Below, piece by piece: positions 1 to 10,697 of a DNA stretch of 64,000 nucleotides (positions are counted from its first letter, which is position 1; each line of letters begins with the position of its first letter). Origin of the DNA: Candidatus Acidiferrales bacterium (GTDB taxonomy: Bacteria > Acidobacteriota > Terriglobia > Acidiferrales > UBA7541); contig DATNKL010000010.1 in assembly GCA_035603415.1 (NCBI GenBank), positions 16,192-80,191 on the forward strand, given 5' to 3'. Position numbers and translations under genes: made by a program. The notes below the pieces were generated by a model. The model was not told the DNA's origin. It saw nothing but the letters and a program-made list of their open reading frames with translations, and made no database searches.

Positions 1-502
1 AGCACTGAAAAAAATGTTCACCTTTCGACAGACCCGTAAATTGGAGTTGGCTGCCTTGAAGGATTCGGGTTTTGGCCACCGAGACTCTCGAGAAGCCGCC
101 GGCGCACTCGGGAACTACTTCTTCTCCTGGGGCATTGAGGCCGGATATAAAGCCGCCACCGAACCTTGCCACTTCCGTGAAGGTATGAGGCTCGCCGCCC
201 TGGTTGACAGCCTTAATCGTGGTTCCTTTCCTGACCGTGAGTGCGTCAGGTTCAAAGTCCCAATTCGGATCAGGGGCTCCAGCCGCCGCTTTCGTAAACT
301 ACTCGGAGAACGTTGTGGATGTTCCCAGTGCGACGTTCTTGCAGAAACCCGGCCCGACCGCTGTCGGGGCGTTGAAGGTGGCCGGATCACATTCGTCTAA
401 GGAAACGACTTGTGCGGTACGGGGTGCATCATCTTGGTCCCTCCAGCCTACGAACAGAAAACAACAAATGACTAAACCGAGCTTCATCAGTGTATTCGTC
501 AT
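1..502 (-). pseudogene. Secreted cupredoxin/plastocyanin-like protein interrupted by an in-frame TAG at 299-301; 3' end lies outside the window
   Basis: The ORF at 299-502 has a signal peptide. The same frame stays open after the TAG: FSE*FTKAAAGAPDPNWDFEPDALTVRKGTTIKAVNQGGEPHTFTEV...LSKGEHFFQC. The motifs FEPxxLTVxxG, NxGGEPHTFT and GxHxFQC resemble blue-copper proteins. Confidence 0.7.
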
Positions 503-902
503 GGTTTTTCTTCCTTATCCTTAATCGTTCCGACAATTCGCGCGGGAAACCGCCGGCAGTTGACGAGTGACGGACCAATTGTAGGTAGTCCTTCGCGGTT
601 GGATGCTGCTCCTGCAAACTGCCTCGGATACGATGATCCAATTTCACTTGCCTGGTAAATTTGAATGTAGCAGTCGGTGAAAAGCTGAACTAAGCGACCA
701 AGACGCCATCGGAAACTGACCCGCCACTGATCTTCTGCCCCGCTTCTTTGTCCCGTGAATTTTCGCTATACTCTTTCACGGGCGTCCTATCCCACTCATC
801 GCGTATTTCCCCAAGAGGGCGGACCTAAGGGCTAACCATTTCTAGTGTTCTGATTTCGAGCTGAAGCATCAAACACCCGCGTCGGTTGGGGCAAACCAAA
901 CG

Positions 903-2072
903 GTGGCAGACACAACTAATAATTCCCGGCCACGCCGGGAAGATGGCGAAGTAATCGTTGTCGGCGGTTCCGCCGCAGGTTTGTACGCTGCCGCTACAGT
1001 AGCCCGCGGCGGCCGCCGCGTTCGCGTCCTCGAATCCAAACCGAGCTTCGGCCCTCCTGACCGCACCCTGATCGTCACCAGCCATTTCCGTACTCAGCTC
1101 GGCGTCCCTGCCCGCGAGAGCATCATCAACGAAATTCGGCGGTTCGAACTCTACACCGACGGCCGTTCTGCCCAGATTGCCCTCGCAAAACCCGATCTGA
1201 TCGTCGAACGTTCCCGCCTCATCCCCGCGCTCGCTCGCGAGGCTCAGGCCTCCGGCGCTAAGTTATCCTTCGACACTCGCTTCCTGGGCATGGGACCCAA
1301 TTCCAGCGGCCTCCGCGTGGAAACCGAAACAGCCGGCCGCCGCGAAGAATTGCACGCCGCCAGCGTCGTAGGCGCCGACGGCGCCACCAGCCGGGTCGCA
1401 CGCACCGCGGGCTGGCCCCCCATTGAAACTGTCCCATTAATGCAAGCCATCGTTCGCTTGCCCAAAGATTGCCCCGTCGATACCACTCGCGTCTGGTTTG
1501 TCCCCGATGACACGCCCTATTTTTATTGGCTGGTCCCCGAATCCTCCGAACGCGCGGCTCTGGGCGTGATTGGCGAACAGGGCAGCGACACCAAGCGCCG
1601 CTTCGAACGCTTCCTTGAAAAGAAGCATCTCGAACCGCTCGAATGGCAGGGCGCGCGCATCCCCGTTTACCGCAAGTGGGTGCCTGTTCGTAAGCGTGTG
1701 GGCAACGGCGACGTCTACTTAGTCGGCGATGCCGCAGCGCAAGTGAAAGTTTCCACCGTGGGCGGCATCGTAACCGGTTTTCGCGGCGCGCTGGGTGTCG
1801 CGCAATCCATTCTGCACCCTGGCCGCAGCGCCGAATTGCGCACACTCCGCCGCGAACTGAGCACCCATTGGCTCATCCGCCGCACGCTGCACCATTTTCA
1901 GCAAAAGGATTATTCGCAGTTGGTTGACCTCTTGGACGCCGGCATCCGCGCATCGCTCGGCCAGATCAACCGTGACGAATCCACACGCCTTCTTTGGAAC
2001 GTCGTTCGCCGCCAGCCGCAACTCGTACTTCTGGGCCTGCGCGGCCTGCTGATGCGCAAACGAAATTCGTAA
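903..2072 (+). CDS. FAD-dependent oxidoreductase, geranylgeranyl reductase-like family
   Basis: Dinucleotide motif VIVVGGSAAG, VVGADG, YFYWLVP and LVGDAAAQVKVSTVGGI. Confidence 0.8.
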   Translation: MADTTNNSRPRREDGEVIVVGGSAAGLYAAATVARGGRRVRVLESKPSFGPPDRTLIVTSHFRTQLGVPARESIINEIRRFELYTDGRSAQIALAKPDLIVERSRLIPALAREAQASGAKLSFDTRFLGMGPNSSGLRVETETAGRREELHAASVVGADGATSRVARTAGWPPIETVPLMQAIVRLPKDCPVDTTRVWFVPDDTPYFYWLVPESSERAALGVIGEQGSDTKRRFERFLEKKHLEPLEWQGARIPVYRKWVPVRKRVGNGDVYLVGDAAAQVKVSTVGGIVTGFRGALGVAQSILHPGRSAELRTLRRELSTHWLIRRTLHHFQQKDYSQLVDLLDAGIRASLGQINRDESTRLLWNVVRRQPQLVLLGLRGLLMRKRNS

Positions 2073-2229
2073 CTGAAAGTCCTGACCACGCTAAAATCGC
2101 AATCGCGCTAGCGGCAAGGTAGCTTTAACAGCCCGTACTCTGCCTTTCTGCGCGCAGTTCTGCGATGATATAGTGAAGTTTATTTAGCGCACGCCCCGCG
2201 CATTCCATTCGCCTAAAGGGAGTTTCACC

Positions 2230-3612
2230 TTGCATATTTGTGTAGTCGGGTGTGGTTATGTGGGACTGGTGACTGCCGCGTGCCTCGCGGAAGCCGGCCA
2301 CCACGTGATTTGCACCGACATCGATTCCGAGCGCATCGCCAAACTGAACGCCGGCATTGTTCCCATTTACGAGCAGCATCTCGACGCCGTCCTCGCATCC
2401 GCTCGCAACGCCGGCCGCATTTCTTACACCTCCGACGGCGGTGAAGCCATTCGCGCCGCGGAAGCGATTTTTATTTGTGTTGGCACGCCTCCCAAAGAAA
2501 ATGGCGAAGCCGACCTCTCCGCCATTGACCACGTCGCGCAACAAATTGCCGAAGAAGCCCAGTCCTCCAAGCTCGTAATTGAAAAAAGCACCGTCCCGGC
2601 GCGTACTGGCCTCGAACTGCAGCGCGCGCTAGCCGCCTATTCGCGCAACGCCAACATCAAATTTCGCGTGGCTTCCAATCCCGAATTCTTGCGCGAAGGT
2701 ACTGCCGTAGCCGATTTTTTTCATCCCGACCGTATCGTCGTCGGTGTCGAAGACGATTTTTCCGCCGCGCAGTTGCGTGAAATTTACGAACCAATCCTCG
2801 AACATCGTTTTCATTGTCCGGTGCACCAGGGCCAATGCCCCGTCGAACACAAAGCGCCTTTATTGGTCACCACCATCAATAGCGCCGAGCTCATTAAACA
2901 CGCTTCCAATTCTTTCCTCGCCCTAAAAATAAGTTACGCCAACGTAATTGCCGACCTCTGCGAAAAAGTTGGCGCCAACGTGGATGAAGTCACCCACGCC
3001 ATGGGCCTTGATCCGCGCATAGGCGGCCAATTCCTCAAGGCCGGTCTCGGCTTTGGCGGCTTCTGTTTTCCCAAGGACGTGCAGGCCTTCATCCATCTTT
3101 CCGCGTCTGTCGGCGTCGACTTTGACCTCCTGAAAGCCGCCGAAAATGTAAATAAACAGCGCATCACCCGTTATTTCGACAAGGTTCGCAAGGCTTTATG
3201 GATTTTGAAAGGTAAGCGCATCGCCGTGCTGGGCTTGGCATTTAAACCCAACACCGATGACATCCGTTTTGCCCCCGCGCTCGAAGTCGTAAAACGCTTG
3301 CTCGACGAAGGCGCTAACGTTCGAGCCTGCGACCCGGAAGCGATGGACCGCGCCAAAACTTTATTCCCGCAGCTTCAATATCATGAAGATCCCTACGAAG
3401 CCCTGCGTGACGCGGATGCTGCGCTCGTCTGCACCGAATGGGATATTTTCCGCACCCTTGATTGGGTGCGCGCCGGAAAACTCATGTCTCGGAAGCTGGT
3501 CATCGATGGACGAAATCTCTATTCGCCCGCGGTCATGCGCGAACTCGGCTTCGAATATTATTCTTTTGGCAGGGAAACTCTCAGGGCCGGAACCCCCGTC
3601 GCCAGTTATTAG
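2230..3612 (+). CDS. ugd: UDP-glucose 6-dehydrogenase
   Basis: GCGYVG, CVGTP, EKSTVP, SNPEFLREG, GFGGFCFPKD and GLAFKPNTDD; TTG start. Confidence 0.9.
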   Translation: MHICVVGCGYVGLVTAACLAEAGHHVICTDIDSERIAKLNAGIVPIYEQHLDAVLASARNAGRISYTSDGGEAIRAAEAIFICVGTPPKENGEADLSAIDHVAQQIAEEAQSSKLVIEKSTVPARTGLELQRALAAYSRNANIKFRVASNPEFLREGTAVADFFHPDRIVVGVEDDFSAAQLREIYEPILEHRFHCPVHQGQCPVEHKAPLLVTTINSAELIKHASNSFLALKISYANVIADLCEKVGANVDEVTHAMGLDPRIGGQFLKAGLGFGGFCFPKDVQAFIHLSASVGVDFDLLKAAENVNKQRITRYFDKVRKALWILKGKRIAVLGLAFKPNTDDIRFAPALEVVKRLLDEGANVRACDPEAMDRAKTLFPQLQYHEDPYEALRDADAALVCTEWDIFRTLDWVRAGKLMSRKLVIDGRNLYSPAVMRELGFEYYSFGRETLRAGTPVASY

Positions 3613-3618
3613 TCAAAA

Positions 3619-4572
3619 TCAGGCGCTCTGCTGCCGCGAGAATTCCTGTTTGAAATACGCCAGCGTGCGCTGCAATCCTTCTTCCAGATTTATTTTCGGT
3701 TCCCACTTCAGTATCCGCTTCGCTTTGCTGATGTCCGGGCAGCGCCGTTTGGGGTCATCTTGCGGAAGCGGCTCAAAAATTATCTGCGGCACATTGTCGA
3801 AATGCTTTCGAATCCGTTCCGCGAACTCCAATATGGTGATCTCCTGCGGGTTGCCAATATTTACCGGCATGTGTTCGTCCGACAGCATCAATTTATAAAT
3901 TCCATCGATTAAATCGTCCACGTAACAAAAACTTCGCGTCTGCTTTCCATCCCCGTAAATCGTCAGCGCTTGCCCGCTCAGCGCTTGAAACACAAAGTTA
4001 GGCAGCGCGCGCCCATCATTTAGCCGCATGCGCGGCCCATAGGTATTGAAAATCCGCACAATCCGCGTATCCACTCCGTGATGCCGGTGATACGCCATGG
4101 TCATCGCTTCGGAGAAACGTTTCGCCTCGTCGTACACTGCGCGCGGCCCCACCGAATTGACATGCCCCCAGTATTCTTCTTTTTGCGGCGACATTTCCGG
4201 ATCGCCATAGCATTCGCTGGTCGAAGCCATGAAAAATTTTGCCTTTTTACGCAACGCCAGCTCCAGCGCATTTTGCGTTCCCATCGATCCCGCCATCATC
4301 GTGGCGATGGGATGCTTCAAATAATCGGGCGGACTCGCAGGCGAAGCGAAGTGCAGCGCATAAGCCACTTCGCCATCCACCTGCAGAGCGCCATTTTTGC
4401 TTACATCTTCATTTTCCAATTTAAATTTCGCGTTCTTCGCCAGATGCCCAACATTTCCCAGCGCCCCGGTAATAAAATTATCCACCGCCAGCACTTCCCA
4501 CCCTTCGGCAAGCAACCGGTCGCACAAATGCGACCCTAAAAATCCCGCTCCACCTGTCACTACCGCGCGCAT
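3619..4572 (-). CDS. UDP-glucuronate decarboxylase (UDP-xylose synthase) family SDR
   Basis: [42 protein letters not shown] and RIFNTYGP; GGAGG RBS before the ATG at 4572. Confidence 0.88.
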   Translation of the reverse strand: MRAVVTGGAGFLGSHLCDRLLAEGWEVLAVDNFITGALGNVGHLAKNAKFKLENEDVSKNGALQVDGEVAYALHFASPASPPDYLKHPIATMMAGSMGTQNALELALRKKAKFFMASTSECYGDPEMSPQKEEYWGHVNSVGPRAVYDEAKRFSEAMTMAYHRHHGVDTRIVRIFNTYGPRMRLNDGRALPNFVFQALSGQALTIYGDGKQTRSFCYVDDLIDGIYKLMLSDEHMPVNIGNPQEITILEFAERIRKHFDNVPQIIFEPLPQDDPKRRCPDISKAKRILKWEPKINLEEGLQRTLAYFKQEFSRQQSA

Positions 4573-4660
4573 TCGTCCTCCAAAAATATCAGTTCGACAG
4601 TGTAGCCTGCGCTCCTCCGATTGACCACCTCGCCATCGCAAGCTACGATGCGTCCACCTC

Positions 4661-5299
4661 ATGCCTTTTCATAATAATTTTGCGGCCGCGATTGTCCCGC
4701 CGCGCCGCCGCTACACGCGGCATTCCAGTGGCCTGGGCCTCCTGCTCCTGCTCGCTTTTATTTTTTGTTTCTTTTACGTTGGCCGCTGGCTCATCGTCGA
4801 AGATCCCCTCGATCACGCTCAGGCCATCGCCGTCCTCAGCGGCCGCATGCCTCTTCGCGTCCTCGAAGCCGCCAAAATTTATCGCGCTGGCTACGCCCCG
4901 GAAGTCTGGCTCACGCATTCCATGGAACCCGCCAAATCACTGCACGAGATGGGATTGAAATTTCTTGGCGAAGAAGATTACAACCGCGAAATTCTCATTC
5001 ACGAAGGCGTGCCGCCCGCCGCCATTCATGTTCTCGAGCCGCCCATTGTCAATACCGCCGACGAAATCGTCGACATCAAATTCGCGTTGAACGCAACGCC
5101 CCTGCGCACTGTGATCATCGTTACCAGCAAGCCGCACACCCGCCGCGTGCACACACTGTGGCGCACGCTTACCCACGGCGCAGGCCGCATTATCGTCCGC
5201 ACCTCTTCATCGGATCCTTTCGACGCGCGGCATTGGTGGCGCAATACCACCGACGCCTTGGATGTGGTCAGGGAAATCCTTGGCCTGCTGAACGCCTAG
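4661..5299 (+). CDS. YdcF/DUF218 family protein, possibly truncated by 9 codons at a TAG
   Basis: N-terminal [25 protein letters not shown] and REILG. Confidence 0.8.
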   Translation: MPFHNNFAAAIVPPRRRYTRHSSGLGLLLLLAFIFCFFYVGRWLIVEDPLDHAQAIAVLSGRMPLRVLEAAKIYRAGYAPEVWLTHSMEPAKSLHEMGLKFLGEEDYNREILIHEGVPPAAIHVLEPPIVNTADEIVDIKFALNATPLRTVIIVTSKPHTRRVHTLWRTLTHGAGRIIVRTSSSDPFDARHWWRNTTDALDVVREILGLLNA

Positions 5300-5393
5300 G
5301 CTGGCCTACCTCTTCGTCATCCCTAATTACAGGCCCCGTATTGCACGCCTATTTGCAGACCCCGAATTACGTGTCTTGTCGTGCGTGACTCGC

Positions 5394-6164
5394 CTAAAAA
5401 AATAAAAATCGTTTTCGCGGCGACTGTGCTCGCTCTTCTTGCAACTCCGGCACGTGCGGCAAATCGCGCCCCTCGAAAGCCGCCTTCGGATTATCTATAA
5501 ATAACGCGCCCGCCTTTTCTTCCCCAAACGCTTTCTTCACCGCCTCAAACGCCGGCCGCAATTGGACAGGTCTCGAGCTGGTATTGTGCGCGTCACTACA
5601 CACAAAATGAATCAAACCCGCCTCAATCCATCGCATCGCATCTTTCTGTGCAGCCGGGCCAAATCGCCCCGTCAACGCCCCGCCGGTCACTTGCCCGTAA
5701 CACCCGTGCCGTATCCAGGTAACCAGCCGTTCCGGCCGCAGTCGCAGTAATCGGTTGCGCTCTGGATGCGTCACAATCGGCCGGATCCCCGCTAGCTGTA
5801 TCTCATGCAAGGTCTGGTCCATCGCCGGCGGAATCGCAACCTCATTAAATTCAACCAGCAAGTAATCCTTCTGATTCACGCAAAAGCGCGGCGCCTGCAG
5901 CTTCAACGCCGCAATATTTTCCGGATTCATGTGAAAATCACACCCGGTTGCCAATGTCAGCCGGTCGCCAACTTCCGCTTGCAGCTCTTTGCAAAGCGCC
6001 CTTATTTTTGGGTAATCGAAAAAGTGCGTGCTATTCGAATGCGGAGTCGCCACCAGGTGCGTCGTCCCGCCGGCGATAGCTGCATTGGCCATTTCCACCG
6101 ACTCCTCCATTGTTTGTGGTCCGTCGTCCACTCCCGGCAAAATGTGGCAATGCAAATCAATCAT
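5394..6164 (-). CDS. CpsB/CapC family PHP-domain tyrosine phosphatase (capsule regulation)
   Basis: MIDLHCHILPGVDDG, ATPH, THPERN and SDAH. Confidence 0.92.
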   Translation of the reverse strand: MIDLHCHILPGVDDGPQTMEESVEMANAAIAGGTTHLVATPHSNSTHFFDYPKIRALCKELQAEVGDRLTLATGCDFHMNPENIAALKLQAPRFCVNQKDYLLVEFNEVAIPPAMDQTLHEIQLAGIRPIVTHPERNRLLRLRPERLVTWIRHGCYGQVTGGALTGRFGPAAQKDAMRWIEAGLIHFVCSDAHNTSSRPVQLRPAFEAVKKAFGEEKAGALFIDNPKAAFEGRDLPHVPELQEERAQSPRKRFLFF

Positions 6165-6414
6165 AGCGGTGGGTACCGAATTGCCTGCGCTCTCTATTTT
6201 TATTTTCGCTCATCCGCCGCCCGGTACCAACGCCCGCGTACATCCCCGTAAGCAAGCTGTAAACATCTCTGCACTCCGCCTGTTTTTGTCGTCGCGGAAA
6301 CTGCTATATTTAAAGGGTAAGCGCCGCCGCCCTTGTGGCCTTTTGACCTCAATTAACCGCCGCTCAGCGGATTAAGAGAAAATTCAAACATCATACGAGG
6401 AACACGACGAACTC

Positions 6415-7770
6415 ATGCCAACTGACCGAAAACCAGAATTCTTTAAAGGCGCCCAGCTTAAAGTAGGCATCATTGGCTGCGGCTATGTGGGCTTGCCGCT
6501 GGCGCTACGTTTTGCGGAAGCGGGCCACAAAGTTACCGGCTTTGACACCGATCCCAAAAAAGTCTCCATGCTCAACGCCGGCAAATCTTACATCGAGCAC
6601 ATTCAGCAAACCAAGATTCAGCAATTTGTGAATAGCAAACATTTCGGCGCCACCACCGATTTCGAAAAGCTTAAAGAATGCGACGCCATCATCATTTGCG
6701 TGCCCACTCCCCTCGATGAACGCCGTGAACCGGATCTGAGCTACGTCGAGCAGACCGCGCGCTCGATTCAGCCCAATCTGCAAAAAGGCCAGCTCGTAGT
6801 CTTGGAATCAACTACCTACCCCGGCACCACCGAAGAGCTCGTTCTTCCCATCCTCGAGAAAAGCGGCCTTAGTTCCAAAATAGCCGTCGGCCCGCAGAAC
6901 GAAAACATTCCTTGCGACTTTTTCCTGGCCTTTTCTCCCGAGCGCGAAGATCCCGGCAACAAGCAGTATGGCCTGGCGCAAATCCCTAAAGTCGTTGGCG
7001 GTATCAATCCCCCAAGTACTCGCGCTGCAATCGCGCTTTACGCCCAAGTCGTCGCGAAAGTCGTTCCCGTTAGCTCCACGCGCGCCGCGGAAATGGCCAA
7101 GCTGCTGGAAAATATTTTTCGCTGCGTAAATATCGCCCTGGTGAACGAGCTAAAAATGCTTAGTCTGCGTATGAATATCGACATCTGGGAAGTCATCGAT
7201 GCCGCTGCCACCAAGCCCTTCGGATACATGCCTTTCTATCCCGGCCCCGGGCTGGGCGGCCATTGCATTCCCGTCGATCCTTATTACCTTTCGTGGAAAG
7301 CGCGCGAATTCGATTTCTCAACGCGCTTCATCGAACTGGCCGGCGAAGTGAACACCGCCATGCCTTACCACATCGTCGACGCCATAGCCGCCGCGCTCAA
7401 CAATCACGAAAGAAGCCTCAAAGGCTCGAAACTCCTCATCCTCGGCGTTGCCTACAAAAAAGATGTCGACGATTTGCGTGAATCTCCCACTCTTAAAATC
7501 ATGGAATTGCTCAAGCAGCGCGGCGCCGACTTCGACTACAACGATCCGTACTTCCCGCAGCTGCACAAAATGCGCCATTACAACTACGAGAATATGAAGT
7601 CTGTGCCCATCACCCCGCAGACGCTCGCGTCCTACGACGGTGTCGTCATCGCCACCGATCACACCAGCTACGATTACGGTGCCATTGTGGACGGAGCCAA
7701 GCTGGTGGTTGACACCCGCAACGCCACTCGTCGCGTCATGCGCCACCGCGAAAAAATTGTGCTTTGTTGA
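6415..7770 (+). CDS. Nucleotide-sugar dehydrogenase, WbpA/WecC-like (UDP-GlcNAc/ManNAc 6-dehydrogenase family)
   Basis: GCGYVGLPLA, CVPTP, LESTTYPGTT, SPEREDPGN, PGPGLGGHCIPVDP and GVAYKKDVDDLRESP. Confidence 0.9.
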   Translation: MPTDRKPEFFKGAQLKVGIIGCGYVGLPLALRFAEAGHKVTGFDTDPKKVSMLNAGKSYIEHIQQTKIQQFVNSKHFGATTDFEKLKECDAIIICVPTPLDERREPDLSYVEQTARSIQPNLQKGQLVVLESTTYPGTTEELVLPILEKSGLSSKIAVGPQNENIPCDFFLAFSPEREDPGNKQYGLAQIPKVVGGINPPSTRAAIALYAQVVAKVVPVSSTRAAEMAKLLENIFRCVNIALVNELKMLSLRMNIDIWEVIDAAATKPFGYMPFYPGPGLGGHCIPVDPYYLSWKAREFDFSTRFIELAGEVNTAMPYHIVDAIAAALNNHERSLKGSKLLILGVAYKKDVDDLRESPTLKIMELLKQRGADFDYNDPYFPQLHKMRHYNYENMKSVPITPQTLASYDGVVIATDHTSYDYGAIVDGAKLVVDTRNATRRVMRHREKIVLC

Positions 7771-7864
7771 TCGCCCGCTGAGAACGCGAACGTTGGGTGA
7801 AATAAGCTCGAAACAAAAATGTTTAAAGGCCCCAAACTGCCGCGCAGAAGCCTCTCAAACCTTT

Positions 7865-8779
7865 CTACTCCGCCTTCACCAACTCCACTCGCGCCACCAC
7901 AAACGGCATCACCGCTTCCAGCAATACCGGTAAGCGCGCCTCTGTATTGCTCAGATACAAAATAAAGTGCGCGTCTTTCACTTCCGCGCCATTATCCAAA
8001 ACCTGTAGCTCAATCTTGAAAGTATTAAAATTCCCCGCGGGCACCGTCACAGCCTCGCCGCGCGCCTGCAGCCGTGCATGCACATCGTACAATTTGTGCC
8101 CGTCGTAAACCGGGCTGCGCACCTCCGGCGTCTTTGCCCAATCGACGGTGCGCAAGTACTGCATCATCCCCAGCGGGTCCCGCGTTCCCGGCAACACCCG
8201 CGCCGCTATGGCGTTCTCCGGCGCCGGCTCTCTTACCGCCGGCGACATGCGCTGCACGGAATCCACCGTCTGCCCCTTTTCATTCAGGTGCATTTCATAT
8301 TGCATGCTCACCAGCGTGTTCGCGTCGCTGTAGGAATCAAACTGGTCGTCCAGCGCGAATACCATGCGCAACGGATTCTCCGTGTGCGCGAACGCCTGCA
8401 GGTGCCACGCATTTTTGCCCAGAAAATTCCGCCTCTCCGCCACTTTCAACCGCAAATCCGCCACACTATTTAATTTCGACACATTCGCCGAATACTGCCA
8501 CGTCTCCCCCGCGCGTAACGGCGACCCCGCGTCAGCTACCCCGCTTGTTTTTTTCTTGTCCACCGGTTGCCTTGCAGCATCAGCCGCGGGAGCCGGTGTC
8601 TCCCTCGATTCAAACGCCCCACCGTCTCTTGCTTCTTGTGCTGCTGCCGGTTGCGGCGTCGTGACAGCCACTGCCGCGGAAGCCCGCGCAACTTCTCTCC
8701 GGTTGTGCATCTGCCACAGCACCGCGCCTCCAGCCAGCGCCGCCAGAATTACCACCGCAAATGTAGTCCTATTGCTCAT
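7865..8779 (-). CDS. Membrane-anchored protein with a DUF3108-like domain
   Basis: N-terminal TM, low-complexity linker, then GETWQY, DPLGMMQYLR, YDG and VTVPAGNF. Confidence 0.7.
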   Translation of the reverse strand: MSNRTTFAVVILAALAGGAVLWQMHNRREVARASAAVAVTTPQPAAAQEARDGGAFESRETPAPAADAARQPVDKKKTSGVADAGSPLRAGETWQYSANVSKLNSVADLRLKVAERRNFLGKNAWHLQAFAHTENPLRMVFALDDQFDSYSDANTLVSMQYEMHLNEKGQTVDSVQRMSPAVREPAPENAIAARVLPGTRDPLGMMQYLRTVDWAKTPEVRSPVYDGHKLYDVHARLQARGEAVTVPAGNFNTFKIELQVLDNGAEVKDAHFILYLSNTEARLPVLLEAVMPFVVARVELVKAE

Positions 8780-8986
8780 ACCCTATGCGTGACGCTTCTC
8801 CGAAACAGTACCTTGCGCTCCAAATTTCCGTCGTACAATTATCTCGCTCGCGGCCGCCCAGGCTTCTTTGTCCGCGCCGCGGCACACTTTTAGCGTATCA
8901 AAACGCGCACCGCGCGTCTGCGCTGGCTCTTATCGTTTTTCTATCGCAGCCTGACGCCGCATATCCTGTTGGGGAGGATTTTTCTT

Positions 8987-9943
8987 ATGCGCTACCTGGT
9001 CACCGGCGGCGCCGGTTTCATAGGTTCAAATACCGTCGACGAACTCGTGCGCCGCGGCCATAGCGTGGTGGTCCTCGACGATCTTTCCGCTGGCAAAGAA
9101 GAAAACCTCGCCGAAGTCCGCAACAAAATTACTTTCATCAAGGGCAGCATCATCGATATCGAGATCATCCGTCGCGCCATTTTTGAAGCCGATTACGTAA
9201 TTCATTTGGCCGCGCGTACCTCCGTCCCTTTCTCCATGAAAGATCCCATCGAAACCAATCGCATCAATATTGATGGCACTCTCAACGTCCTCGTAGCCGC
9301 GCGCGACGCCAAAGTCAAACGCGTCGTCTTCGCTGCGTCTTCTTCCGCGTATGGAGAAACGCCCACCCTGCCCAAAACCGAAAACATGCAGCCTCAGCCT
9401 ATTTCTCCTTATGGCGTTACGAAATATGTGGGCGAACTTTACGCTCAGACTTTCGGCCGCTGCTATGGCCTCGAAAATGTCTGTCTCCGCTACTTCAATA
9501 TTTTTGGCCCGCGCCAGGACCCCAGCTCCCCCTATTCAGGAGTAATGGCAAAATTCTGCACCGCCTTCCTGGAAGAAGCCCAGCCCGTCATTTTCGGCGA
9601 CGGCACGCAGTCGCGCGATTTCACCTACGTTGCAAACGCGGTGCAGGCCAACTTGCTCGCTTGTGAAGCCCCTCGCGCTTCCGGAAGAGTCTTCAACATC
9701 GGCACAGGCATGCGCATCAACTTGAATGAAATCGTTCAAGCCTTGGGCCAAATTTCCGGCCACCCTCTCGTAGCGCGCCACGACCCGCCACGCGACGGCG
9801 ACATTCGCGACTCCCAGGCCGATATCTCCCACGCCCGCGCCGTCCTCGGCTACGAACCCACCGTCTCCCTCGAAGAAGGCCTGCTGCGCACCTTCGACTG
9901 GTACCGCGCCACCCAGGCCGCAAAATCCGCAGCCAAATCCTGA
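8987..9943 (+). CDS. SDR nucleotide-sugar 4-epimerase, WbpP/TviC-like
   Basis: LVTGGAGFIGS, ASSSAYG, SPYGVTK, LRYFNIFGPRQDP and GDGTQSRDFTYV. Confidence 0.88.
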   Translation: MRYLVTGGAGFIGSNTVDELVRRGHSVVVLDDLSAGKEENLAEVRNKITFIKGSIIDIEIIRRAIFEADYVIHLAARTSVPFSMKDPIETNRINIDGTLNVLVAARDAKVKRVVFAASSSAYGETPTLPKTENMQPQPISPYGVTKYVGELYAQTFGRCYGLENVCLRYFNIFGPRQDPSSPYSGVMAKFCTAFLEEAQPVIFGDGTQSRDFTYVANAVQANLLACEAPRASGRVFNIGTGMRINLNEIVQALGQISGHPLVARHDPPRDGDIRDSQADISHARAVLGYEPTVSLEEGLLRTFDWYRATQAAKSAAKS

Positions 9944-9979
9944 AATTTCTACATCTAATTGTTGGACGGATCGAACGTA

Positions 9980-10630
9980 TTACTCGGGTGGGCGACCTTC
10001 TTCGATTTCTCGCACGATCTCGCGCGCCCGTAATTGATCCTCCGGCTGAACGAAAATCTGCTTCGAGCCGTTTGACGAAGAGCGCTCCCGGCATCGAATA
10101 AAGTTTTCGCGCAAGCTGGAAACGATCATCGAACTCCGCCCTACGTTGGGGGTCGACGATACTTCAACGGTAGCGTCCTCCGGATACCAATCCGCGGAAT
10201 ATCGTCCCTCGTCGGGCGCTGCGTGGGTCGAGGCAATAATACCATCGTCCGGCAATTCCATAATTGCTTGATCCTCGGGATCATCACTAAAATCTACGGT
10301 ATCTCTGCCGGCTAGTTCTTTAGCTTGCTTATAAAAGCTCGAGGGCACAGCAATCTTGTAATGTCTTTCATCCCCCTTAAGGAACTGCGTCTTACGTTGG
10401 GCCACCTCGTACGGTATCCCCGCCTCCTTCAACGTCAGGCAAGCGGCCACGCAGCTTTGTTGATCATCGCCACTCCATACCCTCTGCAGATCCGAACGAT
10501 CGCCTTGCAGATTCGAATGGTCGCCGGTCCCCGGTTTGCCCTCAGGCAGGTTTATCACCAGATCCACATCGCAGTCGGCGCAGCGCGTAAAGCCAGTCCG
10601 ATATTCAGCTTTGCACTCCGGACAGAACAT
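9980..10630 (-). CDS. Zinc-ribbon protein with two putative DUF2007-like domains
   Basis: MFCPECKAEYRTGFTRCADCDVDLV, followed by two related segments (LKEAGI...IAVP and LRENFI...IFVQPED...AREIV). Confidence 0.7.
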   Translation of the reverse strand: MFCPECKAEYRTGFTRCADCDVDLVINLPEGKPGTGDHSNLQGDRSDLQRVWSGDDQQSCVAACLTLKEAGIPYEVAQRKTQFLKGDERHYKIAVPSSFYKQAKELAGRDTVDFSDDPEDQAIMELPDDGIIASTHAAPDEGRYSADWYPEDATVEVSSTPNVGRSSMIVSSLRENFIRCRERSSSNGSKQIFVQPEDQLRAREIVREIEEGRPPE

Positions 10631-10697
10631 GGCCGGAGTGTACTACAGAAAAAACGACGAAGGTCCTATCCGCTGCCCTGGCGGTATACTCACCGTT

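Noticed and set aside
299-5299. Genome-wide TAG recoding or pyrrolysine as the explanation for the two suspicious amber codons
   Set aside because: Many intact genes end properly at TAG, including the TonB receptor directly after its terminal Phe, ugd and the aldehyde dehydrogenase. No pyl genes are seen.
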